From IMG/VR virus record IMGVR_UViG_3300029258_005404: DNA of 64,000 bases; one strand, given 5' to 3'. This document shows positions 44,572-55,700 of this stretch, one piece after another. Position 1 is the stretch's first letter; each line of letters starts with the position of its first letter. Below the pieces are notes generated by a model that saw only the letters and a program-made list of their open reading frames with translations, did not search any database and was not told the origin of the DNA. The DNA is from a virus. The position numbers and the translations under genes were made by a program.

Positions 44572-47127
44572 TTAACGAGAAACGACAATCAATGTTACGT
44601 CATAGTAATTACCAGCGACAAAGACAGTTGCTTCCATTGTGATATTAATCTTGTCAGCAATAACCTCATCTCGGGCAATTTTTAGAACAGAAAGCCGAGC
44701 AATTACCCCTTCTTTTACAAGTTTGGTACTTACAATAGCACAGACTTGGCCAATAAATCTGAACAAATCAGGGGTAATGTTATATTTACCAACATAAGGC
44801 GCAATCGCATTTCGAATTGTTTTTGCAGATACGTCAGCCTGCTTTGTGATTGAGCGCTCACGATACTCAACTGCATCCATATTAGATGTTAGATCGTGGC
44901 GTGATTTAACTGTTTGGCTAATTCGTGCATCTTGAACCATAATATCAACACCGCCGCCACCCATTTCATCGAGCTGTAGTTTGCGATAATAATGATTCGT
45001 ATCAAGTTGGATGTTTGACAACCCTGGAATAGCAAAGGTGTAATTGGTGAATGACTGAGATGCGATGATTCCACCATCCATACCAGTAATTGCAGCAGAC
45101 AGATAATAAGGTGGCAGTGTATAAGTTTCTCCACCCCAGTCAGCCTGGAACCATCCTGGCCAAACAACAGTAACACGACGATTTCCATATTGGATTGCTC
45201 CAATTCGAACTGCCTGATCGTCTTTACGACCGCTTTGAAATCTGAATGAATGCCCCGCTCCGAGCGCTGCGCCATCATAATCAGTTTGAACTTCAGTGAT
45301 AACACTTGGAGTTTCGGTAACATTTACCTCATCAACAAAATCACCACTGGAATCATATATCTTCACAATATCACTAACGGTAACACCTGAAGCTATAGGA
45401 TCAAATGCACCGTCAATTGTGATAAGGCCTGTGTCAGCAACAGAGCCGGTATCAGTTCCTTGAAGGAAGATATCATCAGCATCATATACAATAACACCAA
45501 TTCTTTCATGACCTTCATATGGTTCGGATTCTCCATCAACATATGGTCCAACAAGAGCGTTTACTCCACCATCTGTTGTACCGAAGGCGTGACTATATAC
45601 ATCATATAGTTTAAGCTCTTCAAACGCATCAGCATACTGCTGTGCTATATTTGGTTCTGTAGCATCGACATTAACACCATACAGCACTTTTCCACGGTTA
45701 AGACCGAATTGTATTTGGGCCATAAAAGCAAGCTCATTATGAATATCAATATCATTATCTTTTGACCATGCCGTGGTAATATCTTCCGGACTGGTGATAC
45801 GTTTAACAACACCAAGCTCTTCTTCGCGTACTGCACGAAAATCACCGAGAATAGGAGTTTCAACCTTTGGTGCCCACATATGAATGAATTCTCCACCAGA
45901 GAATTCAGTTTCAGGAACAACTCCTGATTGATAAATTGTTCCATCAACTGTAATTTCATAATTAGCACCAGAAGTAGTTATAGTACTTATTCGATACGAA
46001 CGAAAATTGGTTGTTGTTCTTTCGTCGGTACCGGCGGCAATATTTATTGTAGTTAAAATGAAAATATCACCTTCATTTACAATTGGAAATCCTGAAATTG
46101 GAACGGTAAGAACGCTGGAGCTCACTTTCGCGACGGCGACACCAGCGCCGGCGTTGAGTAATTTAATACCATAATTTTGAGAGAATCCGCAGTAACGCTC
46201 AATCCAATAGGTGCGAAGTTGCAATGTAGAGCCTGGTGTTTCAGTAAAATCTTGATACTTAAGATAATCATAATCAACCTGACCGGTAGTAAGAGTTTCA
46301 GTATTGAATTTCAACGTGTTCTTATCTATAATTGATACGACTGATGCGGCTATAGGATTTGCAACAGATGCCGCAATGGCCAATGTAGAAATATAGACGA
46401 TGTCACCAACTCTTACTTTTGCAGTAATAAAATCTGCATTCGGGTCATAAAGAGTATTTGGAATATCGATAAGAGAATCAGATACCGCCCCGACAGCGAT
46501 ACCATCACCGTTTGTTATTTCAGTTGTGTATGGCGTAGCAAGGCGTATTTTTGTTTCATCATTTCCAATAGAACCAACTGTTCCAACAAGGGTCCAGCTT
46601 GTACCGCCATCATCAGTGATAAAAACTTTTTGTCCAGGCTTTAATTGTGCAGTAACAACCGTTCCGCCTGTAATTACGACAGTCCTTAAATCGGCAGCAA
46701 GAATCTTAACATCACCTGCCGTCAGAATTCTTTTATAATATGGAATAATTCCCTGACAAGAACCAACAGCCTGTTCAGTATCAGGAATTTTATATGCTTT
46801 ATCCTTAAGAATCGTAGCCCCTGTGCTCGAAAGATTTGCATCCAACAGTTCGAGGTCTATATTCCCGAACAGCGAATTGACAAATACTTTTGCCGGATAA
46901 AAATCAAAGGCTTTCTGATCTATCACATCTTTATCGAAAACAACTTTATCTGTAACCCACGCAAACTCTCTGTCAACGATACCGTATGATGATCCGATTT
47001 GCTCTTTTTCAAATACATCGAAGGCAGTGCCAACAACAACTGAAGGCAAGTCTTCTAAAGCAATTGCACCGGGGCTGGTAACGAATTGCTGTGTTACCGC
47101 AACATGCGGTCCTTGATATGTAGGCAT
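44572..47127 (-). CDS. Contractile tail sheath protein (851 aa)
   Basis: MPTY..P.V.V.Q N-terminus, RVTVVWPG, C-terminal D.I.I.M...V....NY..V.L.V sheath-like motifs. Confidence 0.8.
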   Translation of the reverse strand: MPTYQGPHVAVTQQFVTSPGAIALEDLPSVVVGTAFDVFEKEQIGSSYGIVDREFAWVTDKVVFDKDVIDQKAFDFYPAKVFVNSLFGNIDLELLDANLSSTGATILKDKAYKIPDTEQAVGSCQGIIPYYKRILTAGDVKILAADLRTVVITGGTVVTAQLKPGQKVFITDDGGTSWTLVGTVGSIGNDETKIRLATPYTTEITNGDGIAVGAVSDSLIDIPNTLYDPNADFITAKVRVGDIVYISTLAIAASVANPIAASVVSIIDKNTLKFNTETLTTGQVDYDYLKYQDFTETPGSTLQLRTYWIERYCGFSQNYGIKLLNAGAGVAVAKVSSSVLTVPISGFPIVNEGDIFILTTINIAAGTDERTTTNFRSYRISTITTSGANYEITVDGTIYQSGVVPETEFSGGEFIHMWAPKVETPILGDFRAVREEELGVVKRITSPEDITTAWSKDNDIDIHNELAFMAQIQFGLNRGKVLYGVNVDATEPNIAQQYADAFEELKLYDVYSHAFGTTDGGVNALVGPYVDGESEPYEGHERIGVIVYDADDIFLQGTDTGSVADTGLITIDGAFDPIASGVTVSDIVKIYDSSGDFVDEVNVTETPSVITEVQTDYDGAALGAGHSFRFQSGRKDDQAVRIGAIQYGNRRVTVVWPGWFQADWGGETYTLPPYYLSAAITGMDGGIIASQSFTNYTFAIPGLSNIQLDTNHYYRKLQLDEMGGGGVDIMVQDARISQTVKSRHDLTSNMDAVEYRERSITKQADVSAKTIRNAIAPYVGKYNITPDLFRFIGQVCAIVSTKLVKEGVIARLSVLKIARDEVIADKINITMEATVFVAGNYYDVTLIVVSR

Positions 47128-47142
47128 TTTTATTCTCCTTGC

Positions 47143-48066
47143 TTAAGTATTATTGTTCGGAACATCCCCGCGTATATGTACACAATTCCAATACAATTGA
47201 TATCCAAGGTCAACAGCGCTCGCAGGCGCTGAATAAGGTATTGGGTTCCCATCTTCATCATGAGTAAGTAATTGTAAAGTATTTTGGTCCACAATATCTG
47301 CAATAGGATACAGTTGATCGCCATCTACGAACTTAATATAATAATACCCTTCTTGCAGCTCTTTTTCAATAAGTCTCGGGTCATTTGTTTCAAGATAGCC
47401 GAAATTGGCTGTAGAATCAGTTAATGTATCGAGACCTTCAGCAACTATGCCGCTATTTGAGGTTCTACCCCAATTTGAATTTACTGCATATATTGAAACC
47501 TTATTCCAAGGCTCCGGCTCCCGTATAGTTGTTGCCCATCCAACTTGCATAGAAACCATTATGCGAATAGTTACTTCCCATCTTTTAACTTCTGCGTCTT
47601 TAAATACCGGTATTTCCGGGCCAATATCAACATAATTAAAATTTCTTAAGAATTTTAATTGGTCTATAATTCCATGCCTGTCGGCTTGATAGTTGATAGC
47701 TAAAAAATTTGCTATATTTGATGCTTCTCCTGCTGCTCTGGATCCAACAATTACATTTATGTAACCATCCATCCAATCTACTTTTTCTTTTGTCTCAAAT
47801 GTATTTGGAGTAGCATTTTTTAAATTATCAATGGTGCTATTATTGAAAGCAAATGTTCCTCTTTCTACAACTATAAATGGTACACTCATTGGTTTTTCAT
47901 TATCGATAACAAAAGGCCCCTGAATTCTGAGTTTACTTTCTCTGTCATTTTCAGAATAGCGATAAGATGGTGGAGTAATCTCGTCATTGGTAAAAAGAAA
48001 TTTAGTATAACTGATTATACCATCAACTATTGCTTTCAGAGGAAAATTTAAAAAAGGTACTGGCAT
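47143..48066 (-). CDS. Putative tail completion/neck protein
   Basis: Position just upstream of sheath; beta-rich composition. Confidence 0.45.
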   Translation of the reverse strand: MPVPFLNFPLKAIVDGIISYTKFLFTNDEITPPSYRYSENDRESKLRIQGPFVIDNEKPMSVPFIVVERGTFAFNNSTIDNLKNATPNTFETKEKVDWMDGYINVIVGSRAAGEASNIANFLAINYQADRHGIIDQLKFLRNFNYVDIGPEIPVFKDAEVKRWEVTIRIMVSMQVGWATTIREPEPWNKVSIYAVNSNWGRTSNSGIVAEGLDTLTDSTANFGYLETNDPRLIEKELQEGYYYIKFVDGDQLYPIADIVDQNTLQLLTHDEDGNPIPYSAPASAVDLGYQLYWNCVHIRGDVPNNNT

Positions 48067-48157
48067 AATTTATCAACCGATTTCAAAGAGCATTACCTAT
48101 TCATAATATAAGTCTAAAAGAACAGAAAGGCAAAGGTAAGCTCCTAAAATCATAAGT

Positions 48158-48901
48158 TTATGTATGTAAAAATTCGACTGCATCTTCTTGATTTTCAAAA
48201 ATTGGTATTATATTATTCATTTTACACTCATGGAACATATCAATATGTTTGTTGCTTTTATTATAAAAAGCCATTTTTCCACCACGACTTGATACTGATT
48301 TATAAATTTCAAAAATCTGACTACAATGTGATGTTTCAATATAATCACGATCTGGATACGATACTATAGCTTTATTAATGCCAGATTCTTCACATTTTTT
48401 TATTAATCCTGATTTGCTTTCTTCTGATAAAATTCTTTTAATCTCTATAAAAGCTATATCATTATTAATTTCGAATGAATATCCATTTGCGCTTATAACA
48501 GCCCTATTTATATTTTCATCTTCTGCAGCGGCCATTTTCTGAAGCCTGTATTTAGTTTCAAGATATTTCAATTTATCTATTACTCTATCAATATCATTTA
48601 ACAAGACTCCATTGATTAAATCGTATGATATATCTGTTTTTGATAAACAATCAATTGAATCACATAATAAATATAAATCAGCATTTGTTTTTTCACGAAT
48701 TGATTTTAAAAGCTCAATTCCCCCTATAGGTTTTGTTTCTGAACATGCTATAATTGCATTAAATAATTTTATTTTTATTTTTCCAAAATCATGAGAATTA
48801 TTAAAAAAGAATATATTCCAACCATCATTGTTTATTTTTGCCAATTCTTCTTTTAAATAATAGATGAATTTATTATTACCACCTATAATTGCTATTCTCA
48901 T
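48158..48901 (-). CDS. Pseudo-receiver (REC) plus STAS (anti-sigma antagonist-like) fusion
   Basis: MRIAII...GGIELLKSIR (REC-like); YIETSH...GGKMAF.N......F......IIPIFEN.EDA (STAS-like). Confidence 0.6.
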   Translation of the reverse strand: MRIAIIGGNNKFIYYLKEELAKINNDGWNIFFFNNSHDFGKIKIKLFNAIIACSETKPIGGIELLKSIREKTNADLYLLCDSIDCLSKTDISYDLINGVLLNDIDRVIDKLKYLETKYRLQKMAAAEDENINRAVISANGYSFEINNDIAFIEIKRILSEESKSGLIKKCEESGINKAIVSYPDRDYIETSHCSQIFEIYKSVSSRGGKMAFYNKSNKHIDMFHECKMNNIIPIFENQEDAVEFLHT

Positions 48902-48910
48902 TTGTAATCC

Positions 48911-49312
48911 TTATTTGAGATGAACAAAGACGGCTGCCAAGGCGCTTATTACCGACGCTAATGCACCAAGTATTCCAGCAAGAAGTTTGGCAAATTTAAC
49001 TCCAGCCCTGATCTCTGTTTCAAATATAATTCTTTTGTCTTTTTCAGAATCTATATCTTTTATATTTTGATTAACTCTATCTCTTAATTCTCGTATATCA
49101 ACTTGTATAGATTCTTTTTCTTTTACATCTTTTGTTTGATGTATATTAACTTTTTCACCTATACGTGCAATTTCTCTTAAATGATCTTTTGACTCTTTAT
49201 CTATTGTTTGAAATAAACGGCCCAAATCATTTCTCATTGTTCCAATATTTTCAGATGTACTTTCAAGTTTTTGCTGTATTTGTCCTAATTCCCTGTCCAT
49301 AGATTCATTCAT
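48911..49312 (-). CDS. Coiled-coil protein with C-terminal TM helix (XhlA/holin-like)
   Basis: Heptad pattern then hydrophobic C-terminus. Confidence 0.5.
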   Translation of the reverse strand: MNESMDRELGQIQQKLESTSENIGTMRNDLGRLFQTIDKESKDHLREIARIGEKVNIHQTKDVKEKESIQVDIRELRDRVNQNIKDIDSEKDKRIIFETEIRAGVKFAKLLAGILGALASVISALAAVFVHLK

Positions 49313-49344
49313 AATAATTCCATTTCTTTTTTTTGAACAGGATA

Positions 49345-49545
49345 TTATACTTTTAATTCTTCATAATTTCCGTCAGTATTGACAAATATAGCCTTATCTC
49401 TTCTTAATATACTGATAAGTTCTTCAATTGTTATATCTGCATATGAAAACCACCCATCAATGAGAACACTGTCATCAGGAGCAGATTGACCATCATCACC
49501 AAACCATCCACCAACAATTATTGACTCATTATCTAAAAGGGCCAT
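49345..49545 (-). CDS. Small acidic hypothetical protein
   Basis: AGGAG SD; GGWF/DGWF duplication. Confidence 0.55.
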   Translation of the reverse strand: MALLDNESIIVGGWFGDDGQSAPDDSVLIDGWFSYADITIEELISILRRDKAIFVNTDGNYEELKV

Positions 49546-49742
49546 TTTAAACTCCTGAAATGTAGAAAGCCAGGTTTAGAACTTTTTTTCTTTTTTTTGT
49601 TTTTATATTTTTCGTTGTATTTTTCTTTTATACTTTTAATATAATTAGTTGTGCGCATTATAGCAGATGGCTTGGGAAGTTTAAGCCCGAGCTTCTCAAG
49701 CTCATCTGCAAAAGCGTTATTGTATATACTATTAAAATCCAT
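49533..49742 (-). CDS. Small Lys-rich hypothetical protein
   Basis: Overlaps the stop of the giant gene; Y.NAFADELEKLG. Confidence 0.5.
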   Translation of the reverse strand: MDFNSIYNNAFADELEKLGLKLPKPSAIMRTTNYIKSIKEKYNEKYKNKKKKKSSKPGFLHFRSLKWPF

Positions 49743-52700
49743 TATGATCGCGTTCTACCTGCAGCAGACCCAGAAATAACCATAACGTCAGCATTGTCAT
49801 CATAATTTCTATAAGTATATACTGAACCGGCTCGATTGATATTTCCTCCACAATAAGCAAGTATTTGCCTCATAGCAACTGAAAATGTTGCAGTTCCGTC
49901 AATTGTCATACCAAGTATTTCAGATGTGACATTATTAATTTCTGCTGCATCAATGTCTTTTCCAGTGCCGTTTCCTCTCATTATAAATCCAGCTTTATCG
50001 CCGGCCTGAGATTGAATATTAAGACCATATCCATCAGAAGATCCACCGATAACCTCGATACCGCTTCCTACCACACCACCTTCGAATCTCATTCCAGCAC
50101 CAGCATTAAAACCCTGTACATGAATACCATTAAATGAACCACCACCAGCAACTTCAGCATGGAATGCATGTCCACCAACAGCTTGAACACTTATACCAGC
50201 TCCAGAATTTGACTCAATACGAAGTCCGTTATAAGTACCACCACTACCGCCTTCTATAAGGGCTCCATTCCCGGCAGACGCAAATACTTTAATAGCAGGA
50301 ATTCCTGCTCCTGATGTGCCAATATCAAGGCCTATACCATTATTACCATAACATGCAAGGCCACCACCGTTTGCGAGAGATTGTATTTCGACAGCATAAT
50401 CCCCGTTAGCGTTTTGAGATTTGGCAAATAAGGCTCTTCCAAGAACAGAATCTAATCTAACTGCGTCGCCTGATGTTGATCCGCCTAGAACACTTAATCC
50501 AACACCGGTTGAACCTGCTTCAACAGTAATTCCATTTCCTATTCCATTTCCTTGGATAACAAGCCCAGTAGCATCAGTTCCTCCGGATATCAACATTCCA
50601 CCATCAAGGGATACAGCATATCCAACAGATGTGACACCTATTCCAGTTCCAAGAGTTGTGACTTTAATTCCACTTGAACCGGAGCCACCCATTGCTGTTA
50701 CATTAATACCATTATTGTTATTTGCGCCAACAGCAATGTCAATACCATGTCCGTCAGTAGTCGATATATCAATACCATTTCCAACTGCAGCAGCTATTTC
50801 AAGTGCATGCCCTGTATCACCGCCACCGACAAATAATCCTGCGCCATTCCCGGCGCCTGTCAGATTAATAGCATCGCCATTAGTACCGGCAACAGCCTGA
50901 ATAGCATGGGTTGTATCAGAGGTGGCAATTATAGCTGCGCCGCCGTCATTGTATATATTGAGTTGTTTTAGATTAAGCGTTGCATTATTACCTGAAGTAA
51001 GCTCATCATCAATTGATACCAGGTTAGCATTGATAACACCTTCAGGAGCCTCTTCAAGAACGAGGGTTGTCCTACTATAATGAAGTGCAACAGAACCCTC
51101 TTCACATGCGAAATCATACATGAATTGTGCTTCATTCTCTGTATTCACTATCTCCATGTAACAGAAGAATATTCCTTTAGCCTCCCTCTCAAGCTCTTTA
51201 TATCCGGAAAATTTAACTGAATTGTCCAAAGCGTTTGAAAGAGCAAACTCTTTATAGAGAAGAGCGTTCTTATCAGTGCCGTTGGCAGTTTCAAGATCGA
51301 TTGAGAACTCAGGCATACCGACACGATACGTCTTACCTGTACCTGTGAAAATATCAGCATCAAGAGTAAGCTCATCTTCACCATTAACAACCGTGACATT
51401 TGCTTCAGTTAAATCGGTGTCGTTATATACAACATCACCAATCTGAACACCGTTCGTCTGGAATGTTGCCAAGGTATCATAAAGCTTGTTCGTTCCAGTT
51501 GAAGTATTCGTACCTGTTTCTTTTTCATTTAAATCAGGATCTTCCATATTACCAGCAGAATCATAGAAATGTACTTGAAGTTTGTATATATTTGATCCTG
51601 CCACAGGAATCAGGCAGTAAGAAGGTATAGTTGCTACAAATCGAGTATTGTTTTGAATTGAATCAACCGAACTTTGTCTTGCGACGCCGTTTCCGGAATC
51701 GTAAGCATTAAGAGCATCATCGCATCCACCCTCGATATCGATAGCAGAAATTGCCGGCAGTATTGCATCGATTTCGTCAGCATCAATATCTTTACCAGTC
51801 GTTCCTTTAACACAAGAAAAGCCGTGGCCGGAACCATTACCCTGAACAAGCAATCCATTCTGATTCGGACCTGCCTGAATAAATGCACCAGCAAGTCCTC
51901 TCAATGAATAATTGCCAGGATCAGCAATAAGTGTTAATGCGTCACCACTTTCACCAGCAGCTACCTGTACACCACCATCCATCTGAATTGCTCGTTTAGT
52001 TCCTCCAGGGCCAACATATATTCCATAACCGTCAGTTGTGGAAACATCAATACCCATGCCAGAAGTTGAGCCGCCAACAATTTCAACACCGTTTCCAGTA
52101 GCACCACCCTCAACCTTTAATCCAGAATTTGCTCCGTTACCTTTAAGCTCTAAAGCAATGCCACTCGGAATAGCCTCAAGTTTAGCTGCACCAGAACCAC
52201 CTTGAATGTACAATCCTAATTGACCGGGGCCGCCTGTGACATTAAGAGCTGGATGTGACGGAGAACCTTGTATATAAGCACCATAGCCAGTAATACCAGG
52301 AACTAATCTAAGCCCTGATTCTGTTCCAGAGCCCCAAAGGCGTAGTCCATCATTGTTGCCACCAGCCTGCGAAATGATTCCGTGACCATCTGTGGCTGAT
52401 ATATTAATACCATTTCCTGATGTAGAACCTCCAACAACTTCAAGACCATTACCTGTCGCACCACCTTTAGAATAAATACCAGCATAAGCTCCTTCTCCAA
52501 GAGCCTCTATACCTGGACCACCGTATCCTTCAGCCTTAAACCCGGCGCCAGAAGCAGGTGGACCAGCCGAAGCGGTAAGGGCATAAATGCCATTAGTTTC
52601 ACCCTCTGATTTTAATCCAATCGCCTTACCCTTTGTATAAATACCGATGTTACCGGCAGTAGCAGCCGCATTAATGTTCACCCCGTTACCATTGACAGTA

Positions 52701-55700
52701 TTTATACTTATACCATGACCAGAGGTAGGACCACCGACTATTTCGATACCGGCACCTGTAGAATCAGAGTTAAAATAAGCTCCGGCACCAGAATTACCAC
52801 CAACTGACTTAATACCGTTACCGTCTGTGGCGGAAATATTTATACCGTTACCTGAAGTAGAGCCACCAACAATATTTATTCCGTTACCGGTAGCGCCGCC
52901 TTCAAACTTAGCACCTGAACCAGAACCATCACCCTTAGCGTAGAAACCGTGATAACCAGAGCCAACAGCAATAGCCTCAATACCATGGCCAGATGGCGCT
53001 GCAACAGCCTCTGCTTTAATACCACTTCCGGAAGAATCTCCACCAACTGCGTGAAAACCAGGACCTGTTGTGCCACCTTTTGAACGGATGCCAGCGCCAG
53101 TTCCGTCACCTTGTGCATAAATACCACAATAGCCAGAGCCAACACCTATTGCTTCAATACCATGGCCAGACGGTGCCGCAACAGCTTCAGCCTTGATGCC
53201 ACTTCCAGAAGAGTTTCCTCCAACTGCATGAAAACCAGGACCTGTAGAGCCTCCCTTTGCATAAATGCCGGCAAAAGATCCTTCTCCCTCGGCCTCTATA
53301 CCGGGGCCACCATTACCAGTTGCCTTAAAGCCAGCGCCAGATGGCGGAATAACAGCATAAGAACGAGCCCAAATACCATTGGTTTCACCCTGAGCTTGAA
53401 TACCAATCGTTTTTCCCTCAGTATAAATACCAATATTCCCTGCAGAACTATTGGCAATTATATTCATTCCATTTCCATCAGTTGTTGAAATGTCTATGCC
53501 ATGACCAGATGTAGAGCCACCTTTTATTTCAATTGCCTTGCCGGTACTATTTGAATCTATTTTAACAGCAGGGATAGAACCTGTATTTCTACTGTTTATA
53601 TACAAAGAGCCACCATTGTCCGATGCCCCATCAAGTTTTAATGCATATCCATCGCTATTACACGCAAGAATCATGGCAGTTCCGCCAGCACCACCGTTAC
53701 CAGCACTAACATAAATACCAGCGCCTTGTGAATTTACACTAATGCCAATACCAGAGCTACCGCCAGCAGTAATAGAGACGCCTTGCCCATTTGTGGTAGT
53801 AATATCTATACCTTTTCCGGAAGTTGAACCACCTGCTACTTCAATCCCATGGCCAGTAGCACCACCGGCTATCTCTATACCTGCGCCCGTGCCATTACCA
53901 CTTATCTTTATTGCGGATTGATTGGTACCACCAAATATTCCTATTCCAGCACCAGAGCCACCAAGGCAGCTAATGTTTATAGCATTGTAGGCTCCATTTC
54001 CAAATATAGACAAACCACTTCCGCTTTGAGTTGGATGATTGGAAAGATGTACAGCATCGCCACCAGAAGACGAGCCATACACTTTAATACCAACTTTACT
54101 TGTACCTCCCGGGGTAACCAAAACACCAACACCGTTAGTAGTAGAAATATCTATACCTTCTCCGGAAGTCGAACCACCTGCCACATCGATTCCATTACCA
54201 GTAATACCACCCTGCACATCAATTCCGGCTCCAGCACCGTTACCTCTTACAAGAATTCCTGGTGCATCAGTATCACTATTCTGGATATTAAGCTGTTTCA
54301 GATTAAGCGTCGCGTTATTACCGTTTGTAGCCTGACCGTCGATTGATACAACATTTGCATCCACAGCTCCTGAGCCCTGATTATCTCTAATTGCTTCTTG
54401 AGAATCAGTGGTTCTGTCATAAGAACCGGCATCACTTGTTTTACCAGCAATTGCGGTAAGCATCTCTGTGATTGATGTTCCATCTCCAAGATCCACACCT
54501 GATCCGAGTTGCGCAACAATAGCATCAATTTCGTCATCTTTATCGGACTGATCGCTTGAGCCCATAATATAATTAGTTGGTAATTTTGATACGATAGTGT
54601 CGACATTGGTATCAATTGTGTCAATTTTAGTTTCATTAGCATCAATATTATCATTGATATCTTTATAAATAGAACCGGACACTGCACCTGTCCCTGAAAC
54701 ATCACGCTCTTTTAACGCCTCTGCAATAATATCTTTATTAGTCGTATTGTCAGCAAGTGTTGTTGTTCCTGGTGTTGCAGCAAGAACATTTGTACTACGT
54801 GAATAATTAAGAAGAGTACTTGATTCTTCAAGTTTGAATGTGGCTGTCCACTGATCCTCGCTTTCAGTATTTGGAATCTTATAATAAGTTTCATAAACAC
54901 CAGTGCTTATTTTTACCATCTTCCACATATTTGCATCTATTACACCTGCGGTTGCAGGGGTTGTGCCACCCGCATCATCGAAGAAGGCATCTTTATCACC
55001 ACCGGAAACATTCTCATAAAGAATGTCGATTTCATTATTATCCGGATCTTCCATATTACCATCAGAATCATAGAAGTGCGCTGTAATCTTATACATTGTA
55101 TTGCCAGCAGCCGGTATAATCATATACGTTGGAACAGTAGCGACAAATTTTGTATTATTCTGAATACCATTTACACTCGTTTGAACACTGTCAATCTGAT
55201 CAGAAAGTGTCTCAAGCGTATCACCATCAGCCCCAGTTCTTGCAACGGCAGTTGAACCTGTATCTGCTGAAGTAAGCGGGTATGCAGTGGTTTCATCGAA
55301 TTTAGAAGCTGTGATTGCATCATCATTTAGATTAACAGCGGGGTGATTTGCATATGCTCCAACAACAAAAGCACCAGTCGCCTCATCGAGCTGAATATCA
55401 CCATCAGCATTAGCTGTACCAGCAAGGTAGCTCTTAGAAGGCAATTTAGCTTCAATATTATTAACACCAGTGTCAATATCGGTAAGTGCTCCTGAATTTG
55501 GAAGATTATCAGTAACAGCTTTAATAGCATTAATCTCATCATCCTTGTCTGTCTGAACACTTGATCCCATGATATAATTTGTCGGTAACTTAGCTTCAAT
55601 ATTGTTCACACCAGTATCAATATCAGTAAGCGCTCCAGCGTTTGGTAAAGCATCTGTCACAGTCTGAATATCATCAAGATGGGTATCAATCGAACCGGCA

